In this document: positions 1 to 17,166 of the stretch, one piece after another
Layout of the letters: every line of letters starts with the position of its first letter
How positions within the stretch are numbered: position 1 is the first letter of the stretch
Notes under the pieces: model-generated
Seen by the model: the letters and a program-made list of their open reading frames with translations, nothing else
Told to the model about the DNA's origin: nothing
The model's database searches: none
Translations under genes and position numbers: made by a program
Source: the human T2T-CHM13v2.0 reference genome, Homo sapiens
Strand: one strand, 5' to 3'
Assembly: GCF_009914755.1 (NCBI RefSeq)
Contig: NC_060925.1
Length of the DNA: 64,000 nucleotides

Positions 1-300
1 CTTTGGGCTGGAGACACGGGAGCGGGCGGCTACAGTGGTTTACGTTGTTGCACGGGGCGAGTAGAACGTATCCTTCTTTGCGTCCAAAATCTGGTTCCTT
101 GTTGGATTTGAACAGATTATGTGGCTCGTCGGGGCGAACCGAGGGTTTTTATTTACTTGGAAAGAATCATCACAGCCCGCGAATTCACAAGCTGGATTTA
201 GCCATTTTCCCTTAGATTCTGCGCCATGAGCCTATAGGCTGTTGAATACGAGAGAAGTGCTTTTCTAAACGAGTTTCTAAATTTACCAGCAGTGTCCAGG
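1..300. promoter_or_regulatory. CpG-enriched shore, probably the upstream flank of the SRM promoter (SRM itself lies left of the window)
   Basis: CpG density is locally high and the sequence is not repeat-derived. The SRM assignment rests only on the known gene order SRM-EXOSC10-MTOR. Confidence 0.45.
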
Positions 301-805
301 AAGAGGCCCAGAACATACATATTCAGCACCAGAAAAGACTGGCACGCAATTTTTCTTGACAAACTGGGTCTTGCTCTTTGAAGGGTGGGTGGGAATGTGC
401 TGTTTTTATGAGAATGTCAAAGAACTTCTCAGAATCACATTAAGCATGCTAATTACCAAATATTAAATGCTAATTGTTCCACACGCAGTTCGAATGCCAA
501 GGAAGGAAGATGAAACTAGTATAAGCTACTCTTGACATTATGTCAGGGATGGTTTTGACACGTTTTGCAGCCTCCACCTGGAGGTGGGGAACGTTTCCTG
601 TGTCGTCCCCAGAGCAGAGTAACAGCGTTGTTTATGGGTGAGAGCAAGCCTCAAGCCTAGGCAACAATGTGCCTTGCTTGCTTTTAAGCTCCTTCTAAAG
701 GGGAGGTAAACCAAGACCGCTAAAGAATTGCTAGGTGCCTGGGCGTGATGGTTCACCCCGGTAATCCCAGCACTGTGGGAGGCGGAGGCGGAGGCGGGCG
801 GATCA

Positions 806-1163
<358 letters not shown>

Positions 1164-1383
1164 CTAAAAAATAAAAAACATTGCTAGGCAACAGCTTCCA
1201 TGGACTTGTTCCAGGAACGAAGATTATTCTTGAAATGTCCACGTAGTGGATAAGACAGAGTCAATCAGTGTGTCCAGTGCTACAGGCTTGATTGGGTTCA
1301 ATCCTGTACTTGGGTCAAGGTGTTTGCCTACATTGCCTGTACTTCCTCCAAGACATTTCTGCCTCTGGGTTGTAACTGCCCGT

Positions 1384-1517
1384 GTACTTGTCTGTGTTCC
1401 CTAAGCCAGATCATAAGCTCTGAAGCTGAGGATGGTGGCTGTAGATGGCAGTACTTGTCTGTGTTCCCTGAGCCAGATCATAAGCTCTGAAGCTGAGGAT
1501 GGTGGCCGTAGATGACA
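1384..1517. repeat. 67-bp direct tandem duplication (2 copies)
   Basis: 1384-1450 and 1451-1517 both read gtacttgtctgtgttccct...gtagatg(g/a)ca, with 3 mismatches. Confidence 0.95.
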
Positions 1518-1911
1518 GGCCTGGATGCAGCCAGGTGCCTTGTGGATCAGCTTGCTTTTAGGTGGTGAAGGACTGACCATAGACAGTGGCCCTGGCATTC
1601 CAGGACACTGCATGGGGGAAAGTGGAGGGCCAGGTCCATCCCATCCCCTCTATAAGCTGGACAAAGCTGCTCCAGCATGTGGGTCCTCACATGAAAAAGG
1701 CCACATTGACATCCTTTGTCCTCCTGTAGAGGGAGTGAAACTGAGAGGCCTCAGCCTCAAGCAGGCACAGAACTTGAGACCTCTCGGCCAGAGTGTACAG
1801 ACATTGCACAAACCTTCCAAGTTCAGAGAAGACAAAAGCCCTGAGTAAATTACAGACAAAAAAGCCCCCAAATATACAGCACTGTGAATCCAGAAATGCC
1901 ACCTGACTTCA

Positions 1912-2289
<378 letters not shown>

Positions 2290-3135
2290 CTAGGTGACAG
2301 AGCGAGACCCTGTCTCCAAGAAAGGAAAAAAAAAAAAAACAAAAAAAAACACCCCCAACACCAAAAAACAAAACAAAACAAAACAAAAAAACAACCAAAC
2401 AACCAGGACTGAGAAAATCAGGCTTTAGCATGAAATGTTTTCCCCTAAATTCAGACCAATGTACCTCAAAAACCCAGTTGTAAAGCTTAAGTGTCTAGTG
2501 GGTTAACTATCCCACCCAACCTCCTAAAAAGTGTTATTATAAAAGGAAAAAGGGGAGAAAGGGTAGAGGAGAGAAAGGTGGGCCAATGGCTACTGTTCAA
2601 GGAAATGGTTTAAATGGGGCTGCCACGTGGTTATGTGTCTGTCACGAGAGGCTTGTTAAGCAGTTAGCACTTGAGTCATTTTTCTACACTTCCATTCAGC
2701 CAGGCAGACAGCTGTGGTTATGAGTGGGAACAATTTTGGCCATTATGTGGTGTGGCTTGGTTGAAAATGCTTATGGCAAGCTGCCTAAGGCACCGCAAAC
2801 AGCAGCATGCCTCCTTGAGCACACAGTCCTTCTGCTCATAAATTCTCTCTCTACCTCCAACCTGGCCAGCCCTGCCAGATCCCTTTCCCTTCCTCTTGGA
2901 GCACAGGCCCAGCCATGGCCTCCACTACTCAGTCACTGCACAGTTCCTGACCCACACATACCCCTCTATGTGCTCACCATCCTCCTTAGTCCTGTCCCAG
3001 GTGCTCCCCAAGTGACCTGACATTGAGCTCCAGCTGTTGTTCTTTGAACACCCAAGACCCTCATCTCCACCCCATGGCTGAGGAGTTCTGGATTTGGGGT
3101 TTGATGGACCAGTAAACCTCTGCAGACACCATCTA

Positions 3136-3688
<553 letters not shown>

Positions 3689-3913
3689 TCATCTGGGCTG
3701 TCAGAGACCTCCGCTTTGAGCTGCGCTGCCATAGAGCTCTCTGGAAGTCCCTTGCTCCTCAGGGTCCAGTCCGAATGCGCCTTTCACGAGGCCTCTCAGG
3801 CCATCCTCAGGAGAAAATAATTTCTCACTTTGGCCAGGCGTCGTGGCTCACGCCTTGCAATCCCAGCACTTTGGAAGGCTGAGGTGGGCGGATCACTTGA
3901 GGTCAGGAGTTCA

Positions 3914-4255
<342 letters not shown>

Positions 4256-4469
4256 TTAAAAATACAAAAATAAGCCGGGCGTGATGGCAGGCGCCTGTAA
4301 TCCCAACTCCTTGGGAGGCTGAGGCAGGACAACTGCTTGAATCCAGGAGGTGGAGGTTGCAGTGAGCCGAGATTGTGCCGTGCCATTGCACTTCAGCCTG
4401 GGCAACAAGAGCGAAACTCCGTCTCAGGAAAAAAAAAAAAAAAAAATTCCGCTTGTCAATTTTTTATAG

Positions 4470-4940
4470 CAGAGACTGCCATTTTTAGGCAGTGACTGTT
4501 CTTTGTCCTTCGATGTCTGTTCTTCCCAAATTCTATAGTAGAACCCTGGGCTTTTAGTTGGACACACGGATGACTGAAATAATGATATTTCCTAGTACCC
4601 CTTGCTGTGGTCTTGTGACTAAGTTCTGACCAATGGGAAGTTGAAATGGGCAGTATCCTATTCAAAGAGATTGGGTGCTGTTCTTTCCTCCTTCCAGCAG
4701 ACTGGAATGAGAATGTAATGGCTGGAGCAAGGGCAGTCACCCTGCACCATGAGGCGGCAGCCTTGTGTTTGAGCTGAGGATGGTAAAACAAGATAGGAGC
4801 CTGTGTCTGATGATCATGAGCATCACACTAGCTCTGGGCCAACTATGTTTACAAAAGAGGAGGAAAATCATCTCTCTTGTTAAAAGTCACTATAGTTTGG
4901 CTTTTCTGTCATTTTCAACCAGTCTAGTCCTAGCTAAAAC
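4470..4940 (+). mobile_element. Old MaLR LTR, MLT1J/I-like (boundaries approximate)
   Basis: Motifs gtgactaagttctgaccaatggga, gactggaatg...gatgtaatggctggagc-like and cttgttaaaagtcact resemble MLT1 consensus. Confidence 0.6.
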
Positions 4941-6198
4941 AAACTCCAGCCTATCTTAGGACAGGGCTGTTCTCTGCTGTTCAAGAGTGGGAGCTCTCTG
5001 ACGGCAGTGATGTGTGATTTGGCTTGGTACCCCCCAAAGGTTATCATATACAGTTGGCAATCTCAATACTTTGTGGGATGAATTTCAAAGAAAAAAGGTT
5101 TCTAGGTTAAGTATTTGTAAAAACCAAAGTAATGGCATTTTGTGCTTTCCTGATTTATTAGCCCATCTCAGGATTAAAATAAAATGAAGTTCTAAAGAAA
5201 TTATCAGAGACTGGGTCACAAATTTATATAAAAGTTTAGTGAGTGCTGCATTATTAAGAATAGTACCAAAAATGAAAACCTAAGCGTTTAACAATGGGGG
5301 TTGGCGAAAATAAATTTTAGATTGAGAAAAGTGTCATAACACAAACTTTCAAGGTGACAAATGATAGAAACCTGAACCCAAGATATATTTTAAAAATATA
5401 TCTATATACACATAGCGAAAGCTTATAAGGAAATACAGCAAAATGTTAATCTCAGCTGGGTGTGGTGGCTCATGCCTGAAATCCCAACACTGGCAGGACA
5501 AGACAGGAGGATTGCTTGAGGCCAGGAGTTCAAGACCAGCCTGGGCAACACAGCAAGACCCCATCTCTATAAAACATAAGAAAAATTACCCAGGTGTGGT
5601 GGCATGTGCCTGGGAGGTCAAGGCTGCAGTGAGCTAGGATCACACTACTGCACTCCAGAATGGGCAACAGAGTGAGACCCTGTCTCAAAAAAAGGAAAAA
5701 AGCATCTTTGTGTGACAGGACTACAAATGATTAAAATTTTCTCTTTGCATTTGCCTTTTTTTTTGAGACAGAGTCTTGCTCTACTGCCCAGGCTCAAATG
5801 AGGTGGCGTGATCTCGGCTCACTGCAACCTCCGCCTCCTAGGTTCAAGCGATTCTCCTGCCTCAGCCTCCTGAGTAGCTGGGATTACAGGCGTCCACCAC
5901 CATGCCCGGCTAATTTTTTGTATTTTTAGTAGAGAAAGGCTTTCACCGTGTTGGCCAGCATGGTCTCGATCTCCTGACCTCGTGATCCGCCTGCCTCAGC
6001 CTCCCAAAGTGCTGGGATTGCAGGCGTGAGCCACCGCACCCGGCCGGCTCTGGATTTTTCTAGAAGTCACCATAACCCCCGGAGCACACTCACCTGCCCA
6101 CAGACAGCTGAAGATGGTTGCCTGAACAGGATGGCAACCTGCCAGAGCTGTGGCGGCAACAAAATAAAAGTCAGGAATCAGCTTTCTTCAGGAAGAAT

Positions 6199-6204
6199 TT
6201 TAAT
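6199..6204 (-). terminator. EXOSC10: EXOSC10 poly(A) signal ATTAAA
   Basis: Lies about 80 nt after the stop codon, with UGUA upstream and U/GU-rich sequence downstream on the minus strand. Confidence 0.85.
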
Positions 6205-6282
6205 GGTTTAAAAATATGTATGTACAAAAGCAGCACCAGCATTTGGTGCTTCCGGTCCACAGGCGCCACGTGTCTTCCAGGA

Positions 6283-6313
6283 CTATCTCTGTGGCCAGTT
6301 GTACCTGAAGCCT
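6283..6313 (-). CDS. EXOSC10: EXOSC10 exon 25 coding part, (R)GFRYNWPQR*
   Basis: Acceptor tctgcag; TAG at 6285-6283. Confidence 0.96.
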
Positions 6314-6551
6314 CTGCAGAGAGTACAAAAACAACAGTTATTTCTTCCGGGCTGGTTGGATGTTCTCAGATGGTTTACAAAATGGTGCAAATCTTAATCA
6401 TGCAGAACAGAGGAAGAATGGTTTGCTCAGGGGCCCCAGAGAACTCGGCGGCCCACCAGAGTTGGCTGAGCTGAGCAGCATCTTGAGAAGGCAGACCTGT
6501 TTTTCCTGCCCTCGGGCAAGTCCCCTGACCTCAGGGTCGGCTTAATTATTA

Positions 6552-6782
<231 letters not shown>

Positions 6783-6833
6783 TCAGGAGATCGAGACCAT
6801 CCTGGCTAACATGGTGAAACCCCGTCTCTACTA

Positions 6834-7197
<364 letters not shown>

Positions 7198-7572
7198 TCA
7201 ACAACAAGGATAACCCACATGTGCTTACTTTTTCCTCATTCCTAATAGGCTGGTCCAGGAAAATTTCACAACTATTTACACCTATTTTCCCTGAGGTGAC
7301 CCCAGGACACACGGTAACTAGAGAGCCAGGAACAAGGGGAATCTGAGTCCTGGGGTGCAGTGCCTGGCTCTGTGATGTATGGCACAGAGCAAATCACCTC
7401 CCGCCCTTGTTTTCCGAGTGGCGTGAGGGACCTGGCTGTGGGAGGTTCTCTGAGTCATCCTGGTTGAAGACCCCTGGACACTCGCTCCCCAGCTACTCCC
7501 CACGGACCACACCACGCAGGGCAGGTGCTTTCTCACTGGGCTCCCTGGGCCACACCGCCGTCCACCACATAC

Positions 7573-7649
7573 CTGTCTGACTTTCCAGTTGGAAAGGACA
7601 TGCTTTTGTTTCCCACCGACTGTTTAATTTTTTTGGCTGCAATGCATTT
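7573..7649 (-). CDS. EXOSC10: EXOSC10 exon 24, KCIAAKKIKQSVGNKSMSFPTGKSD(R)
   Basis: ttttcag acceptor, gtatgt donor, 77 nt. Confidence 0.96.
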
Positions 7650-8209
7650 CTGAAAAGAAAAGAAACCGTTTAAGCTGGGTGGGCACCTTGACCACAAGAT
7701 ACACAGAAAAACACACCTGAGCTCAGGTGGCCAAAGATTCTAGCAGCACAGGAGTGACTTTAGATCCCCTGAGAGAGGATGTTTCTGTGTCTCTGAAGGC
7801 AAGGCCGCCAGGATGCGCTGCAAGAGGAACAGGAGCACCCCAAAGCAGCCCTGCCCCCGCGCCTGTGGAAGCTACAGCCACGCTGTTTCCCTGGCACCAG
7901 CACCAACACCCACGAGGGGTGAATGCAGGCTTGTGCTGGCCCCAAAGGGGGTGCTTTTGGCCTGCAGCTATAGTTCCCATGGTAGCAAACACAGAATAAT
8001 ACCCTTTAAAGCCACATGCCAGCTTTTACAGCCTCGTTTTATGAGTTGCTGGGGTAGCTGATCAGTACTGTCTGCCCTTGGGAAGAAATGAGGTGAGGAA
8101 AAAGATATGCAAAGGAATGGACTCCTGGATGGGCCTGTCTTCTCAGCAGAGGAGGAGGTCAGAAACAGGCGCCACCAGCGTGCTAAAATCCTCCAGGAGC
8201 AGTTCTTAC

Positions 8210-8271
8210 CTTGCCAGACGGGGTCTGTTTATTTGGATCAAACTGAGAAGAAACTTTGGATTTGCTGTTTC
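8210..8271 (-). CDS. EXOSC10: EXOSC10 exon 23, (G)NSKSKVSSQFDPNKQTPSGK
   Basis: tttcag acceptor, gtaaga donor, 62 nt. Confidence 0.96.
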
Positions 8272-8792
8272 CTGAAAGGTAAGAGATGAGAGAGACCTGC
8301 GGTCAGGTCAATGAGTTACCACACATCACAGGCTCACAGCGAGGCCGGGACCATGACACTCAGGGAAGCCTTGGCTGTGAGAGCACCCCTGTCACGATGA
8401 GGGGCTAGGGCTCATGGCTCACATAAATGAATACATAGCGATCCTGGTCCCTGTGGGCAGTCTGAAAACCAGGCCCATTTCTCTCAGCTCTAGTCCCAGG
8501 ACCTTAGGGGCAGGTGGCTACAGCAGTGGCCCCCGCACATAAGGAAATCCATTCTGATCTCTGTGCTGGGTGATGCCATAAGGAACTCGGGCTCTGAGGC
8601 GACACTCCTGTATAAAGGGCCATTGTGTGGACTGGCCTCTGCTTTCTCTTTTCCAAAGGAGCATGTTGCTCCGAAGGCTGCTAGAGTCGAGAATGCCATC
8701 TGTAGCCCCTTCAAAGCAGACGGACTCTCACAGCCCAAGCAGCCATAGGGGTTCATGTCATAGGCTTTGAGATTTTTCAACAAACAAAATTC

Positions 8793-8824
<32 letters not shown>
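8793..8824. repeat. Compound microsatellite (TG)9(AG)7
   Basis: Read directly from the sequence. Confidence 0.95.
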
Positions 8825-9123
8825 GGTTTATGGGCACAAGTTATAGTGAGGAAGGATGGCGCCCTGGTCACAGTGGAAGTGACAGGTGATCTTGCTAACC
8901 CACCATGGAGGCCACCATGAGTTGAGCTCCCATGGAGGAGGTGGTAATGAGGCTGCAGGCGACTGTCCACATTGCCACGGCCTCTCTGGACTACTCCAAC
9001 AATTCCTGGCTAGCACCATGCCTTGTGCAGGACTCACTTGGCCCCTATATTGTGGTCTCTTTATGGCTTCCTCCCCTCTGACGCGCACAGATGTCCCTGT
9101 ATGGGGCCCCATTACTTCCTCAC

Positions 9124-9295
9124 CAGCAAAAGCCTTGAAGTCTGACTGGCTGTAGTCGTAAGGCGTAAACTCTTTTTCTGGTGGCTCTGGGTCCTTTGGC
9201 TTCTTGGAAATTTTGAGTCGTTTCTTCTCTTGTTTCTGTTCTGTGGTCCTTGGGTCGCTTGTTGCTCGCTCTCTCTTCTTTGCAGCATTTTCTAG
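9124..9295 (-). CDS. EXOSC10: EXOSC10 exon 22, LENAAKKRER...DFKAFA(G), basic C-terminal region
   Basis: tacag acceptor, gtgagg donor, 172 nt; embedded in ORF 8828..9502. Confidence 0.96.
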
Positions 9296-10464
9296 CTGTA
9301 GATCAGGAACAGATGTGGGGGAGGAACAGGGAGGCACATGGGAACAGGGAACTCCACCGGCCTCAGCAATAGCTGGGACCCAGCTGCCTAAGTGGTAAGA
9401 AGAACAGTCAGTGGTGGGGAGAGGAGCTGTGGCTGGAACTTCGGGACCAACACTCAGGGTCAGCTGAAACAAATTCCTCACTGGACAATGACATGAGGTC
9501 ATTTAAGAAAGGCAAGCAGGCCAGGTGCAGTGGCTCATGCCTATAATTCCAGTGCTTTGGGCGGCCTAGGTGGGAGGACTGCTTTAGGCAGTCTGAGACC
9601 AGCCTGGGCAACATAGCAAGACCCCTATCTCTACAAAAAAAAAGAAACAAATGTAGCTGGGCATGGTGGTGCGTGCTTGTAGTCCTAGCTACTTGGGAGG
9701 CTGAGGTGGGAGGATCACTTGAACCCAGGAGTACAAGGCTGCAATGAGCTATAATTGCACCACTGTACTCCAGCCTGGGCATCAGGGTAAGAGTAAGACC
9801 ATGTCACTATTTTTTTTTTAAAAGGAAATTAAAAAAAAAAAAAAAAAAAAGGAAAGGCAGGGGGCAGGGGTTAAGAATTCGAGTGATAGCCTGGGCAATA
9901 TAGTGAGACCCCGTCTCCACCAAAAACAATAACAAAAAATAGCTGGGAATGGTGGTGTGTGCCTGTGGTCTAGCTACTTGGGTGGTTGAGGAGGGAGGAT
10001 CGTTTGAGCCCAAGAGTTTGAGGCTGTAGTGAGCTGCAACTGTGCCACTGCACTCCAGCCTGTGCAACAGAGGTAGACACTACTTCAAAAAAAAAAAAAA
10101 AAAAAAAAGAGTTCCAGAGTGCTCTGGGGTTTCATTCTCTAGAATGCAACATTTTTGTAGGACACAGCAGGACACACAACAAGCTTCAGCACTGTAACCT
10201 CAATACCTTTTCTACTACTACAGTTGAGTGGTCTGGCATATTTACCATAAACACAGTGGAAGAAGGTTAAGAGGAATTACAATATCAATCTTGTGGAGGT
10301 TTCGGAAATGAGGTAGACACTAATAGCCAAGCTAAGGTGAACCGGAAAGAAGTCAGGACTTAATATAAAGCACAGGGCAAGCCCCCTAAGATATCCAAGG
10401 AAGATCCTGACCACAAGCAGGGGCATCGTTTTTCAAAGGAAAAAGGAGAAAAGCTGGCACATAC

Positions 10465-10538
10465 CACGACCTGCTGTCGGACGGAGATGGCCTGTTCTGC
10501 TGCAGCTTTGCACGCCTCCTTTGCCTGTTCCCGGGCAG
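10465..10538 (-). CDS. EXOSC10: EXOSC10 exon 21, (A)AREQAKEACKAAAEQAISVRQQVV
   Basis: ttgcag acceptor, gtatgt donor, 74 nt. Confidence 0.95.
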
Positions 10539-10849
10539 CTGCAAGGGAGAGAACTTGTCTCTGGAGTTGGTGAATCCAGCAACCACCCTCCCCTCCATCT
10601 CCATCCCCCTCCGACTTGGCCTAGCCACAGGGGTTGTCACGGCTGATTCCTCCTCCCTCTCAGGTCCCCGGTCCCCCATCTCTGCAGGACAGGCTGCCTC
10701 AGAGCTCAGGCTCAGGTGCTCTGCCCACCTTCAGCTACACGTGAGCTGATCCTCCCCAGCCCTGCCTGCTCCTCTTCTGTGAACCTAAATGCTCAGTGGC
10801 CTGTGGACCTGAGGGCGTTTAACAGGATCGTCACCATCACCATCGTGGA

Positions 10850-11400
10850 CAAACCTGCTCAAACCAGCTACTTTGGCTGCCAGCAACTCCAGCTTTCCAG
10901 CTGCTCAGGACAAAACCTTCATCCAAGGTTCCCTTCCCTTTTCTCACATGCCACATCCACCTCATCATCAAATGCTGTCAGCTTTGCTATGGGACAGATC
11001 AAGGCTCTGACAGCTTCTCACCACCTCCTCTGCTCCCACGCTGGTCTCAAAGCCACCATCCCCTCTCGCCTGAGCCACTGCCATGTCTCCTATCCCTTCC
11101 TGGACTCCCATCCTGTCCTCTATAGTCTACTGTTGACACAGCAGCCAGAGTGCCACATGTCAGTCACTTCCCCCCGTCTGCTCAGCACCCTCCTGGCTTC
11201 TGAACTCAGAGTAAAAGGCAGCGTCATCCCGTGGGCCTCTGCTGGCTCCTTCCCCATCTCCTGCTCTTCTCTACCCGCTCTGCTCATGCAGGCCCACTTG
11301 CTGCTGCTCAGCATGCCCAGTGAACTAGCCCCAGGGCCTCTGGGCTCGCTGTGCTGTGGCTCCAGAACTCTTCTCTAGGTCACTGCAGGTCTCGTCAATG
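10850..11400 (+). mobile_element. Degenerate L2 LINE fragment (boundaries approximate)
   Basis: C/T-rich motifs resembling L2 (tgctcaggacaaaacctt, actcagagtaaaagg, ctggctccagaactctt). Confidence 0.55.
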
Positions 11401-11651
11401 TCGCATTCATTAGACTGCCTTCTCCAACCACCAACGAGACAGCTACAGCACCTCCAGCACTCCCCACCAATCTCTCTGCACAGCACCTGCTGCCATCTGC
11501 CAGGATAGATACTGATTGCCCACCATCCCTCAGCAGAAGGGAAGCCCCACAGGGGCTTCATTCATCGCCGTATCTGGCACTTGGCTGAAACAGCGGGTGT
11601 GCAACAGCCATTCTTTAACAGCCGACTGAGTTGCAAGGAAGTGAGTGTTAC

Positions 11652-11736
11652 CTGTTTGCTCAGCTGCCTTCTTCTTGACAGCTTCTTTAGAGTCTTTTTG
11701 TACTTGTACCTGGGCCAGCTTCCAGCGGTTGCTGAT
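11652..11736 (-). CDS. EXOSC10: EXOSC10 exon 20, ISNRWKLAQVQVQKDSKEAVKKKAAEQT
   Basis: ttatag acceptor, gtaaca donor, 85 nt. Confidence 0.95.
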
Positions 11737-12578
11737 CTATAATGAAAGCAAATATAACAAAAAAAACCCTCCAAAGTCAGCCACCTAAGTCTGTCTTACT
11801 TTTCATGAGGTGACGAAGGGCAGGTTAACCTAAGAAGTACACACATTCTAAGTCATAAATTTTCAAATCTAAGGGCATGAAAAATAAATTTCATGCTGGC
11901 TTTATTGCTAAAATCCCTATTAAGGACAAAGTGCTACTGTCCTCCAGGCACTGGGCCATCCATCATCTCATTCAATCCCTCTGTAACCCTGGGAAAAAGG
12001 TACTGTCATCACCCTCTCTTTAGAGATGAGCAAACAGACTCCGGGAGAGTAAATAACTTGTCCAAGGGACATGGTCAGTAAATGACAGAAGCAGACTCAA
12101 GGCTGGGCTTCCGCAAGTCTGCTGTGTTTCTTTATGACACCCCACGGACCTATGGCGTTACAACACATGGAGGTGACACTGGGCATAACACACAGGACGT
12201 GCAGTTGTTCAGTGTGACATAACCCGTGGGGGGAAAAGAGGAGAGAAGGCAGAAGCCCCACCTGATTCCCCATTTCCAAAAATAGCAAGCTAACTCAGGG
12301 ACAGGAACGGGGCTGGGGGACCTCTCGGTTTTGCCTAACAAAAGAGCTCTGCTGCCACACAGAGGAAGCCAGTCGCCCATGTCATCAGAGCAGACGCTTC
12401 CTAAAGGGAGGAAGGAGGCTGCGAACAACAGTTCACGTTCTGGCTCTGGGGAACATCTCAAGAGGGTCTAGGGGAGGTGTGCTCTCATTCTTACTCATAA
12501 TGCTGGTAAAAACAAGCCAGATAAGTAAGATAGAGTGTTTTAAAATTAAAGCTGTCACCTTTAAGAGCCTTAAAGTAA

Positions 12579-12902
<324 letters not shown>

Positions 12903-13171
12903 TAGCCAGGATGGTTTCGATCTCCTGACCTCATGATCCGCCCGCCTCGGCCTCTCAAAGTGCTGGGATTACAGGCGTGAGCCACCATGCCCAGCCCAAG
13001 TGCTTTTAAGAATCTCACTGAAGTTCTGGACCCTTTCCCTAGAAACAATGCTAGAAAATAAAGGGCTTTTGCATTCATTTTCACGGGATTCACAGATGAG
13101 ATAGGCTTGTCTAAAACAGAAACCTGGTATGAATAATTAAGAAATCCCCTTTTCTTAGAAAGTCTCTTTTA

Positions 13172-13618
<447 letters not shown>

Positions 13619-13795
13619 CTAGAGCCACGGGGCAGAAGCGCTCAGATGGGGGGTTGCTGGTGCCTTGTCAGCGTCTTTGCCAGGACACCAGGGCAGCCGA
13701 CACACTGGCTTCAGAGGCTTCCTTCCCAGGTAAAAGCATGTACAGCTGTAGGCATCTCTGCATATCCTGTCAGCCCTGACAAAACTACTACTCAC

Positions 13796-14281
<486 letters not shown>

Positions 14282-14583
14282 AGTAACAGTGATATTAATA
14301 CCAATGGCTAAGGCTAATTTTTCATACACTCTCTTATGTATAAGGTGTTGTGTCTGCAACAGCACACAGTAGCATTTCAATATCAATGTGCTGGATCAGT
14401 GAATTCTCAGCATGTCCTCATAGCCTATGAGGTGGTATTACTCTCACCATCTTACAGAGGAGGAAACTGAGGCCTACAGAGGTTGTGACAGTCTTTCAGA
14501 GGCTTGCAGTGAATACAAGCAGACCAAGGATCTAAACCCACCATGGTCTGGCTCTAGAACATGAGGTCTTAATTGATGCCTGA

Positions 14584-14820
<237 letters not shown>

Positions 14821-15193
14821 TGATATGCCCGCCTTGCCCTCCAAAAGTGCTGGGATTACAGGTGTGAGCCACCACGCCAGGCCTGAAATTTAGTATTACA
14901 TATCTTTATAGGGAATCATTGAAATTATGCAACAAAATGCTGCTTCCAACTGGGTTCATAAATATGTGCTATCCTTTTGCTTCATCTGTAATTATGCGCC
15001 CTTGCAACACAAGAGTGCAGGGAGACCACAGCCTCCTTTACACCAAACAGCACTTCCGTATCAAAGCAGCCCAGAGCTCATGCTAACACGCTTAGCTGCT
15101 AAATCATCTTCATGACTCAAATTAGCTCTGAGGTCAGCTAAAGCGCCTAGTATTTTCTCATTAATTGCTAAAGCAAGGCCCAATCTAGATTTA

Positions 15194-15496
<303 letters not shown>

Positions 15497-15568
15497 TTAG
15501 GTGGGTGGATCGCCTGAGGTCAGGCATTCGAGACCAGCCTGGCCAACATAGTGGCCCCATCTCTATTA

Positions 15569-15844
<276 letters not shown>

Positions 15845-16407
15845 TCAAGGCTGCAGTGAGCCATGATTGTGCCACTGCATTCCAGCCTTGGTGGCAGAAC
15901 AAGATTGTCTCAAAAAAAAAAAAAATCATTTCTCTTCTTCACTGAAAGCACACATATGTGGTGCTGGGGTCAGGCAGGAAGCTATGGGCAGCGCACATTC
16001 TACAGTTCATCGGACAGTACACCCATGCCACCCCTGCTGGGCATCCAGGTGAACCGTTTTTCCTCCACCACCACTGCAGCTTGTCTGGAAAGCCCTGCTT
16101 GTATGTTCTCTTAGCGCAGGCCCTCCTCCCACTAGGTGCTGTTCAACAACAGGACGTCAGCCTTTCCTGGAAGATTTCTTCACACAGAGCTCAAGAGAAT
16201 CCCCCATCCACGTCCCCAGACCACCTCCTCCAGAGTGGTCAGTGCCACCTTGCTCATTGGTCTCTATGCCTCTCCCAGCACTGCTGGGTTTTGCTCTCAG
16301 CATTAGTCTCCGAGTGTATGCAATGCTCCAGGCAGACAGCCTGCTGAATAAATCCAGTAAATCCCAGGGGGTCCTCATCACCTCAGTGAAGTTTCTGTGC
16401 TACTCAC

Positions 16408-16514
16408 ATTAAATAACGTGATGACAGCTGTGGCAATCAGGCATGTGGTACCCAGCAAGTTATCTTCTTTTTCATCAGGGAAGAGGCTCGCCTGCTTCTG
16501 AACTGGCACAGATC
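16408..16514 (-). CDS. EXOSC10: EXOSC10 exon 17, (G)SVPVQKQASLF...VITLFN
   Basis: ctctag acceptor, gtgagt donor, 107 nt. Confidence 0.95.
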
Positions 16515-16589
16515 CTAGAGGAGCAGAAGATAGTAAGGTCAAAGCCTACAGAATTTTGTTTATTTTTTCTTTTTGAGATGGAGTTTTAG

Positions 16590-16685
<96 letters not shown>

Positions 16686-16930
16686 TAGCTAAGATTACAG
16701 GTGCCCACCACCATGCCAGCTAATTTTTGTATTTTTAGTAGAGATGGGGTTTCACCATGTTGGCCAGGCTGGTCTCAAACTCCTGACCTCAGGTGATCTA
16801 CCCGCCTCAGCCTTCCAATATGCTGGCATTACAGGCATAAGCCACCACGCCCGGCCAAGCCTACAGAATTTTAGACAAGGTAGCTGTGTCCCAACCTCTT
16901 CGGGACAGTCAGGAGGGCTCTCGACTTTAC

Positions 16931-17009
16931 CACTGGTTGGGATGATTGGATAGCCATCCGGAGGGGCATGGGAGCAGTCGTGAGGTCCAAAGAGAACATT
17001 CTCCAATCT
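16931..17009 (-). CDS. EXOSC10: EXOSC10 exon 16, [26 protein letters not shown]
   Basis: atgcag acceptor, gtaaag donor, 79 nt. Confidence 0.96.
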
Positions 17010-17166
17010 CTGCATTAAAAGACACCAGCAGGCTGGCATGTAAAACGTGCAAGCCGGCAGTAGCTTTCTGCCAGCTGTCAGCACAGGCCTCTGTCAGAGG
17101 TGTACTTGCACTGGCTGTGACTTGACGTTTTCCCTCCTGGGGGAGAAAACAGATCCGACACTCTAC

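Noticed and set aside
2624-2629. CACGTG E-box (also at 6267-6272) as a MYC site
   Set aside because: An isolated hexamer is expected by chance in 64 kb and has no supporting context.
8828-9502. 224-aa minus-strand ORF
   Set aside because: It is EXOSC10 exon 22 plus open intronic flanks; only 9124-9295 is supported.
10716-11378. 220-aa plus-strand ORF antisense to EXOSC10
   Set aside because: It lies on C/T-rich L2-like sequence, has a non-ATG start and S/L/P-biased composition, and shows no recognisable domain.
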